DNA of 64,000 nt from Malacoraja senta (Eukaryota): NCBI GenBank assembly GCA_038087875.1, contig CM075988.1:24430001-24494000 (forward strand). The letters are read 5' to 3'. A program made the translations under genes and the position numbers. Numbering within the stretch: the stretch's first letter is position 1; each line of letters starts with the position of its first letter. Shown in pieces: positions 11,758 through 24,511 of this stretch. The notes below the pieces were generated by a model. The model searched no databases. It was not told the DNA's origin and saw nothing but the letters and a program-made list of their open reading frames with translations.

Positions 11758-12380
11758 GAACTCTCTCTTGCTCTGTTTCTCTTCCACTCTCTCTCTGTAT
11801 TTCCTCTCACTTTCTTTGTATTTTAATATTCTACCTGTCCAACATTTAACATTTGCCTCTTTTCCATCTGCTTCAGTCTTCACCTTGTTTTCTATTTCTT
11901 TCTTGTATGGCATTTCCACTTTGCCCTCGACTTCTCTGCCTCCTTTTCTGTAGATTTTCTCCTTCTTTCTCAATGCCTCTCACTTCTCTGTTTATTTTAA
12001 TGCAATCTTCATCTCTCCTCTCACCGCCCCTTCTCCTCTTTTGTCTCTTTGTGTCTCTCCTGCAGAGCCCATTTCTCTTTCATCTTCTCTTTCGTTGCCC
12101 CTCTCATCCTTGGCCCAATTACCCAGCTGATCAAGACAAGATCTCACTGTAATTCTTCTTAACCTTCTTCATTGTCTTCGATGCCACCTATTTTAGTGTC
12201 ATCTGCAAATTTACTAACTATGTCTTGTATCAGCATGTCAAGCAGCATCGGTGAAGAAAGAAATGGAGCCAACATTTCAGGTCAATAATTCCTCATCAGA
12301 CTTACGAAAGTAGTTTAGGTTGCAGATATTTGGTAGGTGGGGTCAGGAGCACAAGAGGTTTGGATGTCAGGAACAAATGT

Positions 12381-12683
12381 TTTAGTTTAGTTTAGTTTAG
12401 AGATACAAAGTGGAAACCGAGTCCGCACCGACCAGCGATCCCCGCACATTAACATTATCCTACCAAGGGACAATTTACTTTTATACCAAGCCAATTAACC
12501 TACAAACCTGTACGTCTTTGGAGTGTGGGAGGAAACCGAAGATCTCGGAGAAAACTCAAGTGGGTCACGGGGAGAACGTATAAACTCTGTACAGACAGCA
12601 CCCGTAGTCAGGATCGAAACCGGGTCTCTGGCGCTGTAAGCGCTGTAAAGTAGCAACTCTGCCACCGCGCCACCGTGCTGCCC
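12381..12683 (-). mobile_element. HE1-type V-SINE
   Basis: Head, V-domain and (TTTAG)n tail as above. Confidence 0.9.
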
Positions 12684-13315
12684 TGGCGTGATAGAGAATT
12701 GTTCATGTAACATTAGTTTTGGTTCTGGGTGTTAGAAAGAAAAAAATTAAAGAACATGTTGGAACTATGAGAGGCAAAGCAGAACAGTCGTTGGAAATGT
12801 TAACCAAAACAGATAACTGGAAATATACAAATGATCAAGAAGTATTTGTGGGGAAGAAAAACTAAAGTAACAGTGGACAGCCTTAATGAGAGCCGGCTAG
12901 CTCTGACACAAATAGGATTTAATAGAAAGTAAGCCATCTGAAATTGTTAAATCCAACACTTAGTATCAGAGGCTGCAATGTGCCCAGATAGAAAATAAGG
13001 TACTGTTTTCTCTCCTGGTCTTTTGCTTCTGTGATCACGAGCATATATGTTAAATCTGATATTACATTGGAAAAGCATCTCAATGGAGTTGCATAATGTG
13101 CTTTGAGACAGCTTTAAACGCTATAGGAGCTGTAGTTACACCATGAGGTTATTACTGATTGTAGGAATGGAGACCAAGGAACCAAATCCAGGGATTAAAT
13201 ATTCAGTTACAAGGAATTGTTTTTACCTGTCTCCTTCTGAAGCTTAATCAGTATGTCATTATCTCTTCCCATTGAGCCATTTAATAGTTTGCTGCTGATA
13301 TTCCAGATGCCTCAC

Positions 13316-13374
13316 TCAATATAAAAACTGTTTGCATAAAAGATAAAATGTATGCAGCCCAGCTTCCCACTAAA
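13316..13374 (-). CDS. Gene A candidate exon (extracellular)
   Basis: cattaccag|...ATTGA|gtgagg; 59 nt, phase 0-2; FSGKLGCIHFIFYANSFYI(E). Confidence 0.45.
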
Positions 13375-13490
13375 CTGGTAATGAGTGGAGCCAGAAGATG
13401 GTCGGAGTGGGAAACAAAACAAATAGTGAATGGGAAGCCCAGCTGCATTGAATGGGGGTTGATGCCAGGGGAGTGGGAGATGAGAGCATG

Positions 13491-13697
13491 TGTAGGAAGG
13501 AACTGCAGATGCTCGTTTAAACTGAAGATAGACACAAAAAGCTGGAGTAACTCAGCGGGACAGGCAGCATCTCTGGAGAGAAGGAATGGGTGACGTTTCT
13601 TCAGAAGAAGGGTCTCGTCCCGAAACGTCACCCTTTCCTTCTCTCCAGAGATGCTGCCTGTCCCGCTGAATTACTCCAGCTTTTTGTGTCTATCTTC
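13491..13697. mobile_element. PLE fold-back insertion
   Basis: Head-to-head inverted copies; 16-bp TSD GGGAGATGAGAGCATG (13475-13490, 13698-13713). Confidence 0.9.
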
Positions 13698-14350
13698 GGG
13701 AGATGAGAGCATGACAGGTCCAGGACTGTTGAGATGTCCAAAGAGGGTTGTCTCTCAGGAAGTGATGGTATTGGGGCAATGGGGACAATCCTAGTTGTGA
13801 AACTCTTGGGATGAAGAATGGAAATGGTCCTGAGGATGAGGTGGTGCGGAGAGCTGGAGCAACGTTTCTGCAGGAAAACTGATCCCAGTGATGGCGTTGA
13901 GATGAGTGAACGATTATCCCAGAATGTGAGGAAATGTTGAGAAGGATAGGATGGATGATGGGAGCTACCTCGCACCCTGCCATCAGTTCTTACAGCAGAG
14001 AATCATTAATGGCCATCAAAAACCGACATTGCCACTAAGAAAAATATATCATGAATTAAACATATGAGCAGAAGTTTAGAAACATCCAAACTTCCGTGGA
14101 ATTGAAGAGACCTCTGAGAGGTCAAATGTAAAATTATTATGTTGCTGCTCTTTGTTCTTCAATTTGAAATGTAATTAATATAGCACCAAAATTACAGTTA
14201 CATAATTATGTCCCGAGTTGCCCTGAATGACAAGGTCACAAATTGATGAATCTGTAATCACCTCTGGTCTCCAGCTAAATACATGGAAGTTACTGTGTCA
14301 TTTATATTGGTGACACAGAGTGCTGGAGTAATTCATATTATTGGATTAAC

Positions 14351-14421
14351 CCCTTGGGCCCTATTAATATTCATACAATTAACCCCACTAGTAAGTGTCG
14401 CTTTGTCACAGCCCCTGACAG
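14351..14421 (-). CDS. Gene A candidate exon (extracellular, Cys-containing)
   Basis: Acceptor tttatctccattcccag, donor GGG|gttaat; 71 nt, phase 1-0; VRGCDKATLTSGVNCMNINRAQG. Confidence 0.45.
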
Positions 14422-14609
14422 CTGGGAATGGAGATAAACATTTCAGAAGGATGAAGAATGCAGGATAAAAGGCTTGAGGACAGAGGGGATGAGGGGATGC
14501 AACAACTGCATTAAACCATGCCACAGCAGGAAGCAATTTGGTTAATGGCGTTAGTGCAGGTGCTACCTCTTAAACTGACATGGCTGATGTAATCCCCATG
14601 CCTTGGCCT

Positions 14610-15475
14610 TTTATCCTGCTGCTGTTCAGGAACGCATTGCCTTCAGGGACAATGTCCAGAAGCGTTCCCATGACAGGTCCTGCCGCGCACTGCCGTGCCT
14701 CTTCCCCGGTCAAGTGGTCCGCATGCAGACCCCTTCCGGTCACTCCAAGCTCGCTACCATCATCGGCTCTGCTGGGTCGCCCAGGTCCTACCTCGTCGAC
14801 CATGCGGGAACCATCTACCGACGGTCCCGCCAACACCTTCGGCTCGTCAATGAGCCGCGGCCGCCTGCCGCGGATCCCTTTGCTTCCCCACTGCTGCTTC
14901 TGCATCCGGGCGATGCTCTGCCCGTCACTCCTCGCATGCCGCGATCTATACCCTCTCAACCCTTTCCATTCCACCCTACTCCGGCTAGTCCTCACTCGCC
15001 TGCCCGCGCGCTGCCCGCTTCTGATCCCGCATCTCCTCCAGTTTCTTTGCCACTATCTTCTCCGTCCCCTCCCATTTCCCCCTTTTCGGTTCGTCTGTCC
15101 CCACCTGTGCCTCTTCTTCCTGCCGGAAGGGAGGATGGCGAGATGCGAACCCGGTCGGGACGTGTTGTCAAACCGCCTGTCCGCTACGGCGATTTTGTTT
15201 AACCGTCCTAGCGCATGAGACGTGGTCGCCCTGTCACCATTGTATTTGCCTTTCGTTTCCAAGGGGAAGGATGTAGATGAGATATGCATGTGCCTTTAAT
15301 ATAGTGACCTCATCACTACTAACCACTCCCCATATCACAAGTATAATTACAACCTCCCCACCCACATATCGCTCTCTAGTTCCTGTGACAGACCACGTAC
15401 AGCTAGTGCCTTCTGTAATGCCCCAGTATGAATAAAGGTAGTAAAGTAACGATGTGTCGTTAGCACTTCTTTACA
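14610..15475 (+). mobile_element. Gypsy LTR retrotransposon 3' end: integrase C-terminus, PPT and 3' LTR
   Basis: ORF 14603-15202 with PRSYLV..GTIYRRSRQHL and terminal TRSGRVVKPPVRY; PPT AAGGGGAAGGA 15261-15271; LTR 15272-15475 bounded by TGTA...TACA with AATAAA at 15431. Confidence 0.9.
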
Positions 15476-15906
15476 GTGAATAAGCATGAACAGTTTGGGC
15501 CAAAGGGCCTGTCTCCTCATGGTGTAATCGCGTGTGCTTTTTAAAGCATTCCCTCATGTAAATCATACTTGCCCAACTCCCCTGGAGCCTGATGCCTGAC
15601 TGCCCGACCCACGAAGACAAAGATTTACATCAGATTTACACACCATTGAGTAGGACAATGAAATGATTCCCATGAAACAGGCATGAGCTTGCTGCAGGCT
15701 GCCTTCTACAAACCTCGACACACATCTGAGTGCAGACATTTCAATAAAATTCTCACCCGTCCTTCATTATCGGATTTGGGACAGTTGTGAAGGGATTTGG
15801 GCTGCTGGCTTAGTCACACTCTGGTGATTGTTAACATGAACAATATACGTGGGCCTCCTAAAAAACCCATCCAAGCTTTGGTTGTGTTTAGTGAATGAGC
15901 GGCAGA

Positions 15907-16188
15907 TTTAGTTTAGTTTAGTTTAGAAATACAGCGCCGGAACAAGACCTTCGGCCCACCGAGTCCGCGCCGACCAGCGATCCCCGCACACTGACACTAT
16001 CCCACACACACACACACTATGGACAATGTTTTACAGTGCGTTTGGAGTGTGCGATGAAACAGAAGATCCCGGAGAAAACCCACGCGGTCACGGGGAGAAC
16101 ATACAAACTCCGTACAGACAAGCACCCGTAGTCGGGATCGAACCCGGATCTATGGTGCTGTACGGCAGCAACTCTACCTCTGCGCCCC
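15907..16188 (-). mobile_element. HE1-type V-SINE (diverged)
   Basis: (TTTAG)n tail, V-domain remnant, B box. Confidence 0.85.
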
Positions 16189-16217
16189 TGCAAGGTTCGA
16201 TCTCCCCTTGTCCCCCC

Positions 16218-17196
16218 TTGGACGAGGGAATTGAATGCAACATCTCCAAGTTTGCGGATGACACGAAGCTGGGGGGCAGTGTTAGCTGTGAGGAGGATGC
16301 TACGAGGCTGCAAGGTGACTTGGATAGGCTGGGCGAGTGGGCAAATGCATAGCAGATGCAGTATAATGTGGATAAATGTGAGGTTATCCACTTTGGTGGC
16401 AAAAACAGGAAAGTAGACTATTATCTAAATGGTGGCCGATTAGGAAAAGGGGAGATGCAACGAGACCTGGGTGTCATGGTACACCAGTCAATGAAAGTAG
16501 GAATGCAGGTGCAGCAGGCAGTGAAGAAAGCGAATGGTATGTTAGCATTCTTAGCAAAAGGATTTGAGTATAGGAGCAGGGAGGTTCTACTGCAGTTGTA
16601 CAGGGTCTTGGTGAGACCACACCTGGAGTATTGCGTACAGTTTTGGTCTCCAAATCTGAGGAAAGACATTCTTGCCATAGAGGGAGTACAGAGAAGGTTC
16701 ACCAGATTGATTCCTGGGATGTCAGGACTTTCATATGAAGAAAGACTGGATAGACTCGGCTTGTACTCGCTGGAATTTAGAAGATTGAGGGGGGGTCTTA
16801 TAGAAACTTACAAAATTCTTAAGGGGTTGGACAGGCTAGATGCAGGAAGATTGTTCCCGATGTTGGGGAAGTCCAGGACAAGGGGTCACAGTTTAAGGAT
16901 TAAGGGGAAATCCTTTAGGACCGAGATGAGAAAAACATTTTTCACACAGAGAGTGGTGAATCTCTGGAACTCTGCCACAGAAGGTAGTTGAGGCCAGTTC
17001 ATTGGCTATATTTAAGAGGGAGTTAGATGTGGCCCTTGTGGCTAAAGGGATCAGGGGGTATGGAGAGAAGGCAGGGATGGGATACTGAGTTGGATGATCA
17101 GCCATGATCATATTGAATGGCGGTGCAGGCTCGAAGGGCCGAATGGCCTACTCCTGCACCTATTTTCTATGTTTCTATGTTTCTATGTTTCTATGT
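16218..17196 (+). mobile_element. CR1 (HER1-like) LINE, 5'-truncated
   Basis: [14 protein letters not shown] motif, LVRPHLEYCVQFWSP; an in-frame stop (~16350) and a frameshift (~16970); 3' UTR and (TTTCTATG)n tail. Confidence 0.95.
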
Positions 17197-17744
17197 CTCC
17201 CTGCATTCTGCTGGGCCTTTCATCATGCTCCGTGACTAACAGCCAATCTCAGAACCAAATCTAAAAACAAAATTATCCATGTAATTAAAATATTGGCTGG
17301 TTCTTGAGCAAGATGTATCTAATTTCATAGATTGGACTGTCACAGGGAGTGGAAGGGGTGGAGGGTGTTTATTCCAACCACTGATTGATTTTTAATTGCT
17401 GGGGAATTAACTCTCACGTCCCAACAACAACAACATTGCAACAGATTAAAAAACAAATTACTGGAAGAACTCAGCGGCATTTGTGGACAGCTCCATGGAC
17501 AGGAATGGCCGATGTTTTGGGTGGAGACCCTGCAGCAGATGCAGGGTTTCGATCTGACAATCTTAGTTGCTGCCTGACCTGTTGCGTTCTTCCAGCAGCT
17601 TGGTCTGTTTTTGCTCCAGATTCCATCATCTGCAGTTTCTAATATCTCCATCACAACAGATTATCTCATCTGGGATGAATCATATATCGCTGTTTGCAGA
17701 AAGGTGAGCAAAATTGGTTCAGCATTTCCTGACCGCACCTTTCT

Positions 17745-18262
17745 TGCATGCTAACCAGCCAGCAGAAAGACAGTACATGATTACAATCGAGACGTCAACA
17801 GTGTGCAGATACACGATAAAGGGAATAATATGAATAATGTTTAGTGCAAGATAAAGTCCAGTAAAATCTGATCAAAGATAATCCGAGGGTCTCCAATGAG
17901 GTAGATAGTAGCTCAGGACCGCTCTCTAAATGTTGGTAGGATGGTTCAGTTGCCTGATAGCAGCTAGGAAGAAACTGTCCTTGAATCTGGAGGTGAGCGT
18001 TTCCACACTTTTGCCTGATGGGAGAGGGGAGAAGAGGGAGTGGCCAGGGTGCGACTTGTCCTTGATCATGCTGGTGGGCTTACTGAAGCAGAGTGAGGTA
18101 TAAATGGAGTCAATGGAAGGGAAGTTGGTTTGTGTGATGGCCTGGGCAGTGTCCACAACCCTCTGAAATTTCTTGTGGTCTTGGCTGGATCAATTCCCAA
18201 ACCAGGCTGTGATGCATCCCGATAAAATGCTTTCTACAGTGCATCTATAGACGTTGGTGAGA
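17745..18262 (-). mobile_element. Rex1/Babar LINE 3' fragment
   Basis: YRCTVESILSGCITAWFGN...DTAQAIT...HPGHSLFSPLPSG motifs. Confidence 0.9.
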
Positions 18263-19038
18263 AATGACTCAGGATAATTTACAGTGACCGTCTCACGAAC
18301 CAATCCGCGCACCTTTGGGATGTGAGAAGAAACTGGAGCACTGTGAAAAACTCGTGCAGCCACTGGGTTGCTGGACCTGTTGAGCAGCAATATTATTGTT
18401 CTAGAGTTGGCAATTATACCTCGGTGAGACCGCATTGGGATAGCGTATGCAGATTTGGCATCCTTATCTAAGAGAGGATACACTTGCCACAAAGGGAGTG
18501 TATCCTCTTTGTTGTACAAGCAACATTGAGTTGATCAGGTTTATATTTACTGTCTAGAAGAATGAGAAGGGATCTTATTAAAATTTCCAAAAATCTGACA
18601 TTGATCGACAGGCTGGATATGGGGAGAATGTTTCCCCTCATTGGACTCCAGACCCAGATTGAAGAGCAAGACATTTAGGACTGTAATGAGAAAGAAATTA
18701 CAGTGCCTCAGACTATAATGCCCCTTGTGTAAAATGCTCCAAGCCCTGGTGCACCTCTTAAAATCATAGAGTCTTACGGTGTGGAAACAGCCCGTTCCGC
18801 CCAACTTGGTCACACCAACCCGCATGTCCCATCTACACTAGTCCCACCTGCCTGCATTTGGCCCATATCCCTCTAAATGTATCCTATCCATGTACTTGTT
18901 CACAATATTCCATGCCTCTAGAGCTCATGTACAGCATCCTAGATCTGTTCAGCTTCCCTCAAGCACGGTTTCCTAGGCCTCTATGCCCTCCTCATGATCA
19001 AAACTCTAAGCCTGTGGAACACCTGCTCCTACAAAGAG

Positions 19039-19173
19039 CTAGAGTAGATTGGAGGTGCCCCTGGTCTTTCGTGGAGTCGTCATGTACAGTGGCCCATGCC
19101 TGTGGTGTAGCCCTTGTGCATAGTCATCCAGGTTTGTTGTAAGTGTCCTTGTGAGCCAGGCCTGTGTGCCCTT
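19039..19173 (-). CDS. Candidate exon (minus-strand cluster B)
   Basis: gctttacag acceptor; phase 0; KGTQAWLTRTLTTNLDDYAQGLHHRHGPLYMTTPRKTRGTSNLL*. Confidence 0.3.
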   Translation of the reverse strand, partial: KGTQAWLTRTLTTNLDDYAQGLHHRHGPLYMTTPRKTRGTSNLL

Positions 19174-19401
19174 CTGTAAAGCATCGATCTTTGAACGCTT
19201 TATGTGCTTTTTATGGTCACAAGAAAACGTCAGAATGATTTTATTTATTATTATCTTTCACACCACTTTGTCACCAGGATACTTTACATCTTTTACTGCG
19301 TTTAAGATTCTATTGAGAGAACATTGTGAGTGGAAATGCCTCGAAGATGTATTAATGATAGTGTGATTTAATGTTGCATAGTTTCCAATGACAGAAACTA
19401 C

Positions 19402-19492
19402 CTTATTAGTATGTCCAGCTTTTCCACGCCGCTTCCTCTGATTCTCTCTCCTCCACATGACCTTCCTCAGCCCCATATCCCCTCTCACTAAA
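19402..19492 (-). CDS. Candidate exon (cluster B)
   Basis: tattttctcacag|...AAG|gtagtt; 91 nt; LVRGDMGLRKVMWRRENQRKRRGKAGHTNK. Confidence 0.4.
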
Positions 19493-20434
19493 CTGTGAGA
19501 AAATACAGTATAGCATGCAGCAAGCTAAATATCCGAGTTTCCAGACAACCAGTCTAACTTGAATTAAAATAGACATGTGAATTTAGTAAGGCCCAAGGGG
19601 CTCACAAGAATGTTCTCAAGAGAAATATGATCTTGTAGATGATGTAATATTGATCATGAACAATGATTATTTGAGGGCATTATTCATTTGAGGATTGTGT
19701 AATGACCAGCAGGTCTGAGGTGCTACTGTATCTGTAGAAAGTTCCAAGAACAGCCTGCGAACAGCTTTTCAATAGAGTACACTTAGTCTGTATTCTCATG
19801 TAAAGGTCTGAACACTCTACAATGGACTTTGGGTTCAGAACCCACTCAACAATATTCCAAGTCCGAAAGAGATATTAGGACGGCCTCTATAAGATCACCC
19901 CTCGGCCTCCTGCACTCCAAGGAATGAAGTCCGAGCCTGCCCAACCTCTCCCTGAAGCTCAGCTCCTCAACTCCTGGCTACATTCTGATGAATCTTCGCT
20001 GCACTCTTTCCAGCTTTACAACATCCTTCCTGTAGCAGAGTGACTGAAACTGAACACAATACTCCAAATACAGCCTCACCAATGCCTTACACAACTGTAA
20101 TATTGCATGCCAACTTCTACTCAATACCCTGTGTGATGAAGGTCAAGGTACTGGAAGTCTTTTTGACCACCCTATCTCCCTGCGATGCCACTTTCGAGGA
20201 ACAATGTCAGTTCAGTTTAGTTTATTGTCACGTGTACTGAGGCACAGTGAACAAACGATGTACCACTACTCCTAGATCCCTCTTCTCCACAATGTTCCCC
20301 AGGGTCCTACCATTCTCTGTGAAGATCCTGCCCTGGTTTGACTTCCCAAAGTGCAACACTTTGTACTTATCCACATTAAACTCCATTAGCCATTCCTTCG
20401 CCCACTTGCCCAACTGGTCAAGACCTTGCTGTAA

Positions 20435-20862
20435 ATTTTTTTTTTTAATTTGTATTTTATTAGAAGTACATAGAAACATAGAAATTAGGTGCAGGAGTAG
20501 GCCATTCGGTTGTAATGTAATGTACATTACATTACAACCACATACATTAGTACTTGTCATTTATATCTTCTTACAATTAATGTACTCCATTTATTTTTTA
20601 CACTAGAAAAGGAAAAGATTGAAAGAAAGAAGAAAGTGAAGGAAAAAGTGGAAGTGTAGGAAATGTGACAACAAAAAAGGACAAAGACCCTATAAGAGCA
20701 AAATTAAAAACAAAAGAAAAAGAGTTAAGAAATAGACCCTAGGAAAAAAAGAAAGAGAGAAAGAGGAAAAAGAGAGAAACAAATATTTTTATGAGCATTA
20801 CGCAAATTGGACATACCAACTCTTCAACTATCATCCCCCCTTACCTGACCTCAATTTTTTAC
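20435..20862 (-). mobile_element. L1-like 3' UTR insertion inside an older CR1 (~19880-20935)
   Basis: Poly(T) and TTTATT at the left end; TSD ACCTTGCTGTAA at 20423-20434 and 20863-20874. Confidence 0.65.
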
Positions 20863-21339
20863 ACCTTGCTGTAATTTTTGATAACCATCTTCGCTCTCTA
20901 TGATATCACCCACTTGAGTGTCATCTGCAAACTTTACAAATAGATAATACACTCAATAGATAACATAATTAAAAATACAACAACAACAAACAATTAAATA
21001 AATTAAAACAATTACTGTAATACAAAACAAAAACCTGAAGTTCTCAGGGCAACCAAGACAGTTTGTAGTTCAAAGATGATGTTACAATAATTTTAAAGTT
21101 AGCATAATTTACATGCTAAAGTTGCATGCCAGAAGTAGCATCATTTTAGCAGGTCAGTTTCTTCCCAGCAGTTATTAAGCAAAGGAACCATCCTATCACC
21201 GACTAGAGAGCGGTCCTGACTTATCTTCCTCATGGGAGACTATCGGACTATCTTTAATTGGACTTTACTGGACTTTATTTTGCACTAAACATTATTCCCT
21301 TTATCCTGCATCTGCACACTGTGGTCAGTTTGATTTTTT

Positions 21340-21637
21340 TTAGTCACAGCGCGGAAACAAGCCCTTCGGCCCACTGAGTCCGCGCTGACCAGCGGTCCCC
21401 GCACATTAACACTATCCTACACACACTAGGGACAAGTTATACATACACCAAGCCAATTAACCTACATACCTGTACGTCTTTGGAGTGTGGGAGGAAACCG
21501 AAGACCTCGGAGAAAACCCACGCGGTCACGGGGAAGAGCGTACAAACTCCATACAGACAGCACCCGTAGTCGGGATCGAACCCGGGTCTCTGGCACTGGA
21601 AGCGCTGTAAGGCAGCAGCTCTACAGCTGTGCCACCC
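21340..21637 (-). mobile_element. HE1-type V-SINE nested in a Rex1-type 3' UTR (~21170-21730)
   Basis: SINE head and V-domain; the flanks join into a plus-strand LINE tail ending AATAAACTAAACT. Confidence 0.85.
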
Positions 21638-21886
21638 TTAATCATGTATAGTTTTTCCACCGACTGGATAGCACGCAATAAAAACTTTTCACTGTGCCTC
21701 GGTACATGCCACAATAAACTAAACTAAACTATAATATGGGCCAAAAGTGCGCTCTTTGTAACTTTAGACACTCTTGCTACTGAAAAATTAAAACTGCAGC
21801 AGCAAAAACAAGCTCTGGTGATTGTGCTCATGAATAATGGCATTCATCCTCCCAGTAGGTTGATTCTGGTTAATTTCTAAACTCAC

Positions 21887-21959
21887 CTGATATTATTCCC
21901 TGTGTCTTTAAAGCCAAACATTGTGTGGAGGCGACAGCCTTCAGATCCATTTGTAAATA
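21887..21959 (-). CDS. Candidate exon (cluster B)
   Basis: aatgtcag|...CAG|gtgagt consensus donor; 73 nt; two frames open. Confidence 0.4.
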
Positions 21960-22056
21960 CTGACATTTAGAAATTATTCATGATATCTTCCAACGCAGAT
22001 CATGCGATTACAATTACAGAAAATATCAAAAAGATTGTGATCAGTTTCTATAATAC

Positions 22057-22121
22057 CTTCTGGGAAAACACAGACAGTGAGACCCGCTGGGATTTCTTTA
22101 ACTCCATTGTCTCTCCTCTTT
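22057..22121 (-). CDS. Candidate exon (cluster B)
   Basis: tatattccag|...AAG|gtatta; 65 nt; 97-nt intron to the next candidate exon. Confidence 0.35.
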
Positions 22122-22758
22122 CTGGAATATATTATACAAACCATTCAAATAGTCTTTTGTTTTGTACTGCAGTTATAATCTCATGAAATGTTTTGGCTTC
22201 TAATCAAATTCTTCATCACATTTACGCTTATTGTTTCGTTTTTCTTTATTAAATTGTTATTTATCAATTTCCTCATTATTTCTCCCATCCAAATCGACTT
22301 GCTGCCTTGTCTCATTGCATTTTCTGGTCATCTAGCTTATTCGTGCCCTGCTGTTCCCTGGCTCCTGCCAGCCGCTGATTCACCTAACTTGTCCACACTG
22401 AAGGGGCATTATCTCTCATCTTGCCTCCCCTCTCCCAGTTCCACACTTCCCAATTTTTTCATGCTGCGGCTGAAGATGTTTCATTATATCATAGGAACAG
22501 GCCATTCGGCCCAATTGCCAGCATTGATGTTGCATCTAAGCAAATCCTTCTTTTCATTTGAAACGTTGTTGGCGGCCAGAAACATGGCGACTCTTTGTGT
22601 ATCATTTCGGTGAAGTCCACTGTTATCCTGCCATCGTTGCAATTTGTACTTTTGTCTATGATTGTGGTTATCTATAGTACGATTTTACTGGATGCCAAAC
22701 AAAGATTTTCACTGTGCCCAGGTACATAGGTACAATAGGACAATAAAGGACAATAACG

Positions 22759-22759
22759 T

Positions 22760-22818
<59 letters not shown>
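22759..22818. repeat. (CAT)n microsatellite
   Basis: About 20 perfect units. Confidence 0.97.
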
Positions 22819-23424
22819 GCCTTCCGCTTCTGCAAATGTACACGCCATGCCATTCAGAACCATTTTTCCTACTTTGATCCCATCATGCCTGTTCACTATC
22901 AGCACTGGTTCCTGGCCAAAAACATGGTAAGGTCTTCTCCAGCATATAGATGGGACTACATGAGCTTAGACAAGATGTGGTGCTTTATTTGACCAACTGC
23001 TGTTGGAATTGCCCTTGTAACAGTTCGCCGTTAAATACATCATCAGCACGTTTATGTAAACTGCACACATAATCTTAAATGAGTAGCTCATTCCTCAGTC
23101 TTCAGCTTTCCACCAGATTTAATCATAGCCTGTCTATTCCTTTGAATTAAAAAAAAAAATTCAATGGATGTGGATTTCCAGGCTGAGCAAGCATTTAATG
23201 GACTAGCCATAATTGGCCATGAGAAGGTGGTGGTGAGCTGTCTTCTTGAACCTGTCTTCTGAAGTCCTTGAGGAGTGGGTATACTATGAGGGAGGGAGTT
23301 CCAGGATCGTGACCCAGTGGCGGAGAGTGGGCAGCACTATATTTCCAAGGATGTGTGGCTTGGAGGTCCCATGTTTTCACTGCATTTATCCTAGCTGTTA
23401 GAAGGTATCAGTTCTGTATTATCG

Positions 23425-23660
23425 AACACAAAGTGCTCGAGTAACTCCGCGGGTCAGGTAGCATCTCTGGAGAAAAAGGAGAGGTGCCGTTTCTGGTCGT
23501 AACCTTTCTTCAGACTTCAGGCTCTTCTTCAGAATCTGAAGAAGGATTCTGACCCGAAACACCACCTATCCTTTTTCTCCAGAGATGCTGCCTGACCCGC
23601 TGAGTTATTCCAGCATTTTGTGTCTCTCTTTGGAATAAACTAGCATATGTAGTTCTATGT
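23425..23660. mobile_element. PLE fold-back insertion (diverged)
   Basis: Inverted pair of terminal repeats meeting at CTTCAGA...TCTGAAG. Confidence 0.85.
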
Positions 23661-24511
23661 TTCTACTAGCAGTTGTGTTTTAGTTATATCTCTGGGCGGA
23701 TCTGGAGGCATAGACCATGCGTCATAAACAAACAGTCACCACTGCCATTGTCAATTCTTGCATCTTGGTAAGTCCGATATTATCACTTACACAGCTACTG
23801 GACTTACACAACAGCTCACAGTCATGTTCAGAAATAGAAAGTCACCTGTTATTCCCATTAATAACGTGCTGAATGAACTTGTGATAAATTGAAATTCCAA
23901 GTACAATTGTGTTATTTTCTTTCCAACTTTGATTTGAGTGTATAATGGTCCATCTATCTCTGCTGTCCAGATTTCCTTTGCTGATTCCACCAACATAATT
24001 GTATAACTAACTTCGCAGCATAGATCTTCCATACTTGAACTCACACTGCCATTTCAATATTTTATTTATCACGAGCCCCATCTTAATATATTCAGACATT
24101 CTGTCTTGCTTCAGAATGATCGCCACTCTTGTAACTTCGGTCTTTTCACTTTAAAGGGGAGGGCCGATTCAAGGTTTAAAATTAAATTCCATATCACACG
24201 AAGCAGGAGTAAGATTCGGAAGCTCATAAATTGCAAAGGAAATGAAGATACTGTGTGGAGCAGAATGTAAGGTAGAAAAGATTGTTGTAAAGTTTACATT
24301 CATTCATGTGTTCATCAAGTCCAAACCTGAGAAGAAACGTGAAGATCAATTCACTGCACCACATTTACGTATTTCTTATACCGAGCATTCTGCATTTGCT
24401 GACTGAGATTGACTACGATGTCAAGTTAGAAGGACCCCATGACATGGACCCATGCCTCCCTCATGGTGGATTGAAAGGATTCATACTCGTTCAGATATAA
24501 CTCTTGAGAGA

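Noticed and set aside
10952..14421. Assignment of gene A to a TNF-receptor (Fn14/BAFFR-like) family from the FCxxC motif before the TM
   Set aside because: Cysteine spacing does not match a TNFR cysteine-rich domain and the tail is dissimilar; no gene symbol given.
14580..15218. 212-aa ORF overlapping the integrase frame
   Set aside because: Alternative frame of GC-rich Gypsy sequence with no independent motifs.
22188..22613. 141-aa hydrophobic ORF
   Set aside because: T-rich compositional bias, no splice or family support; the 3' part runs into repeat remnants.
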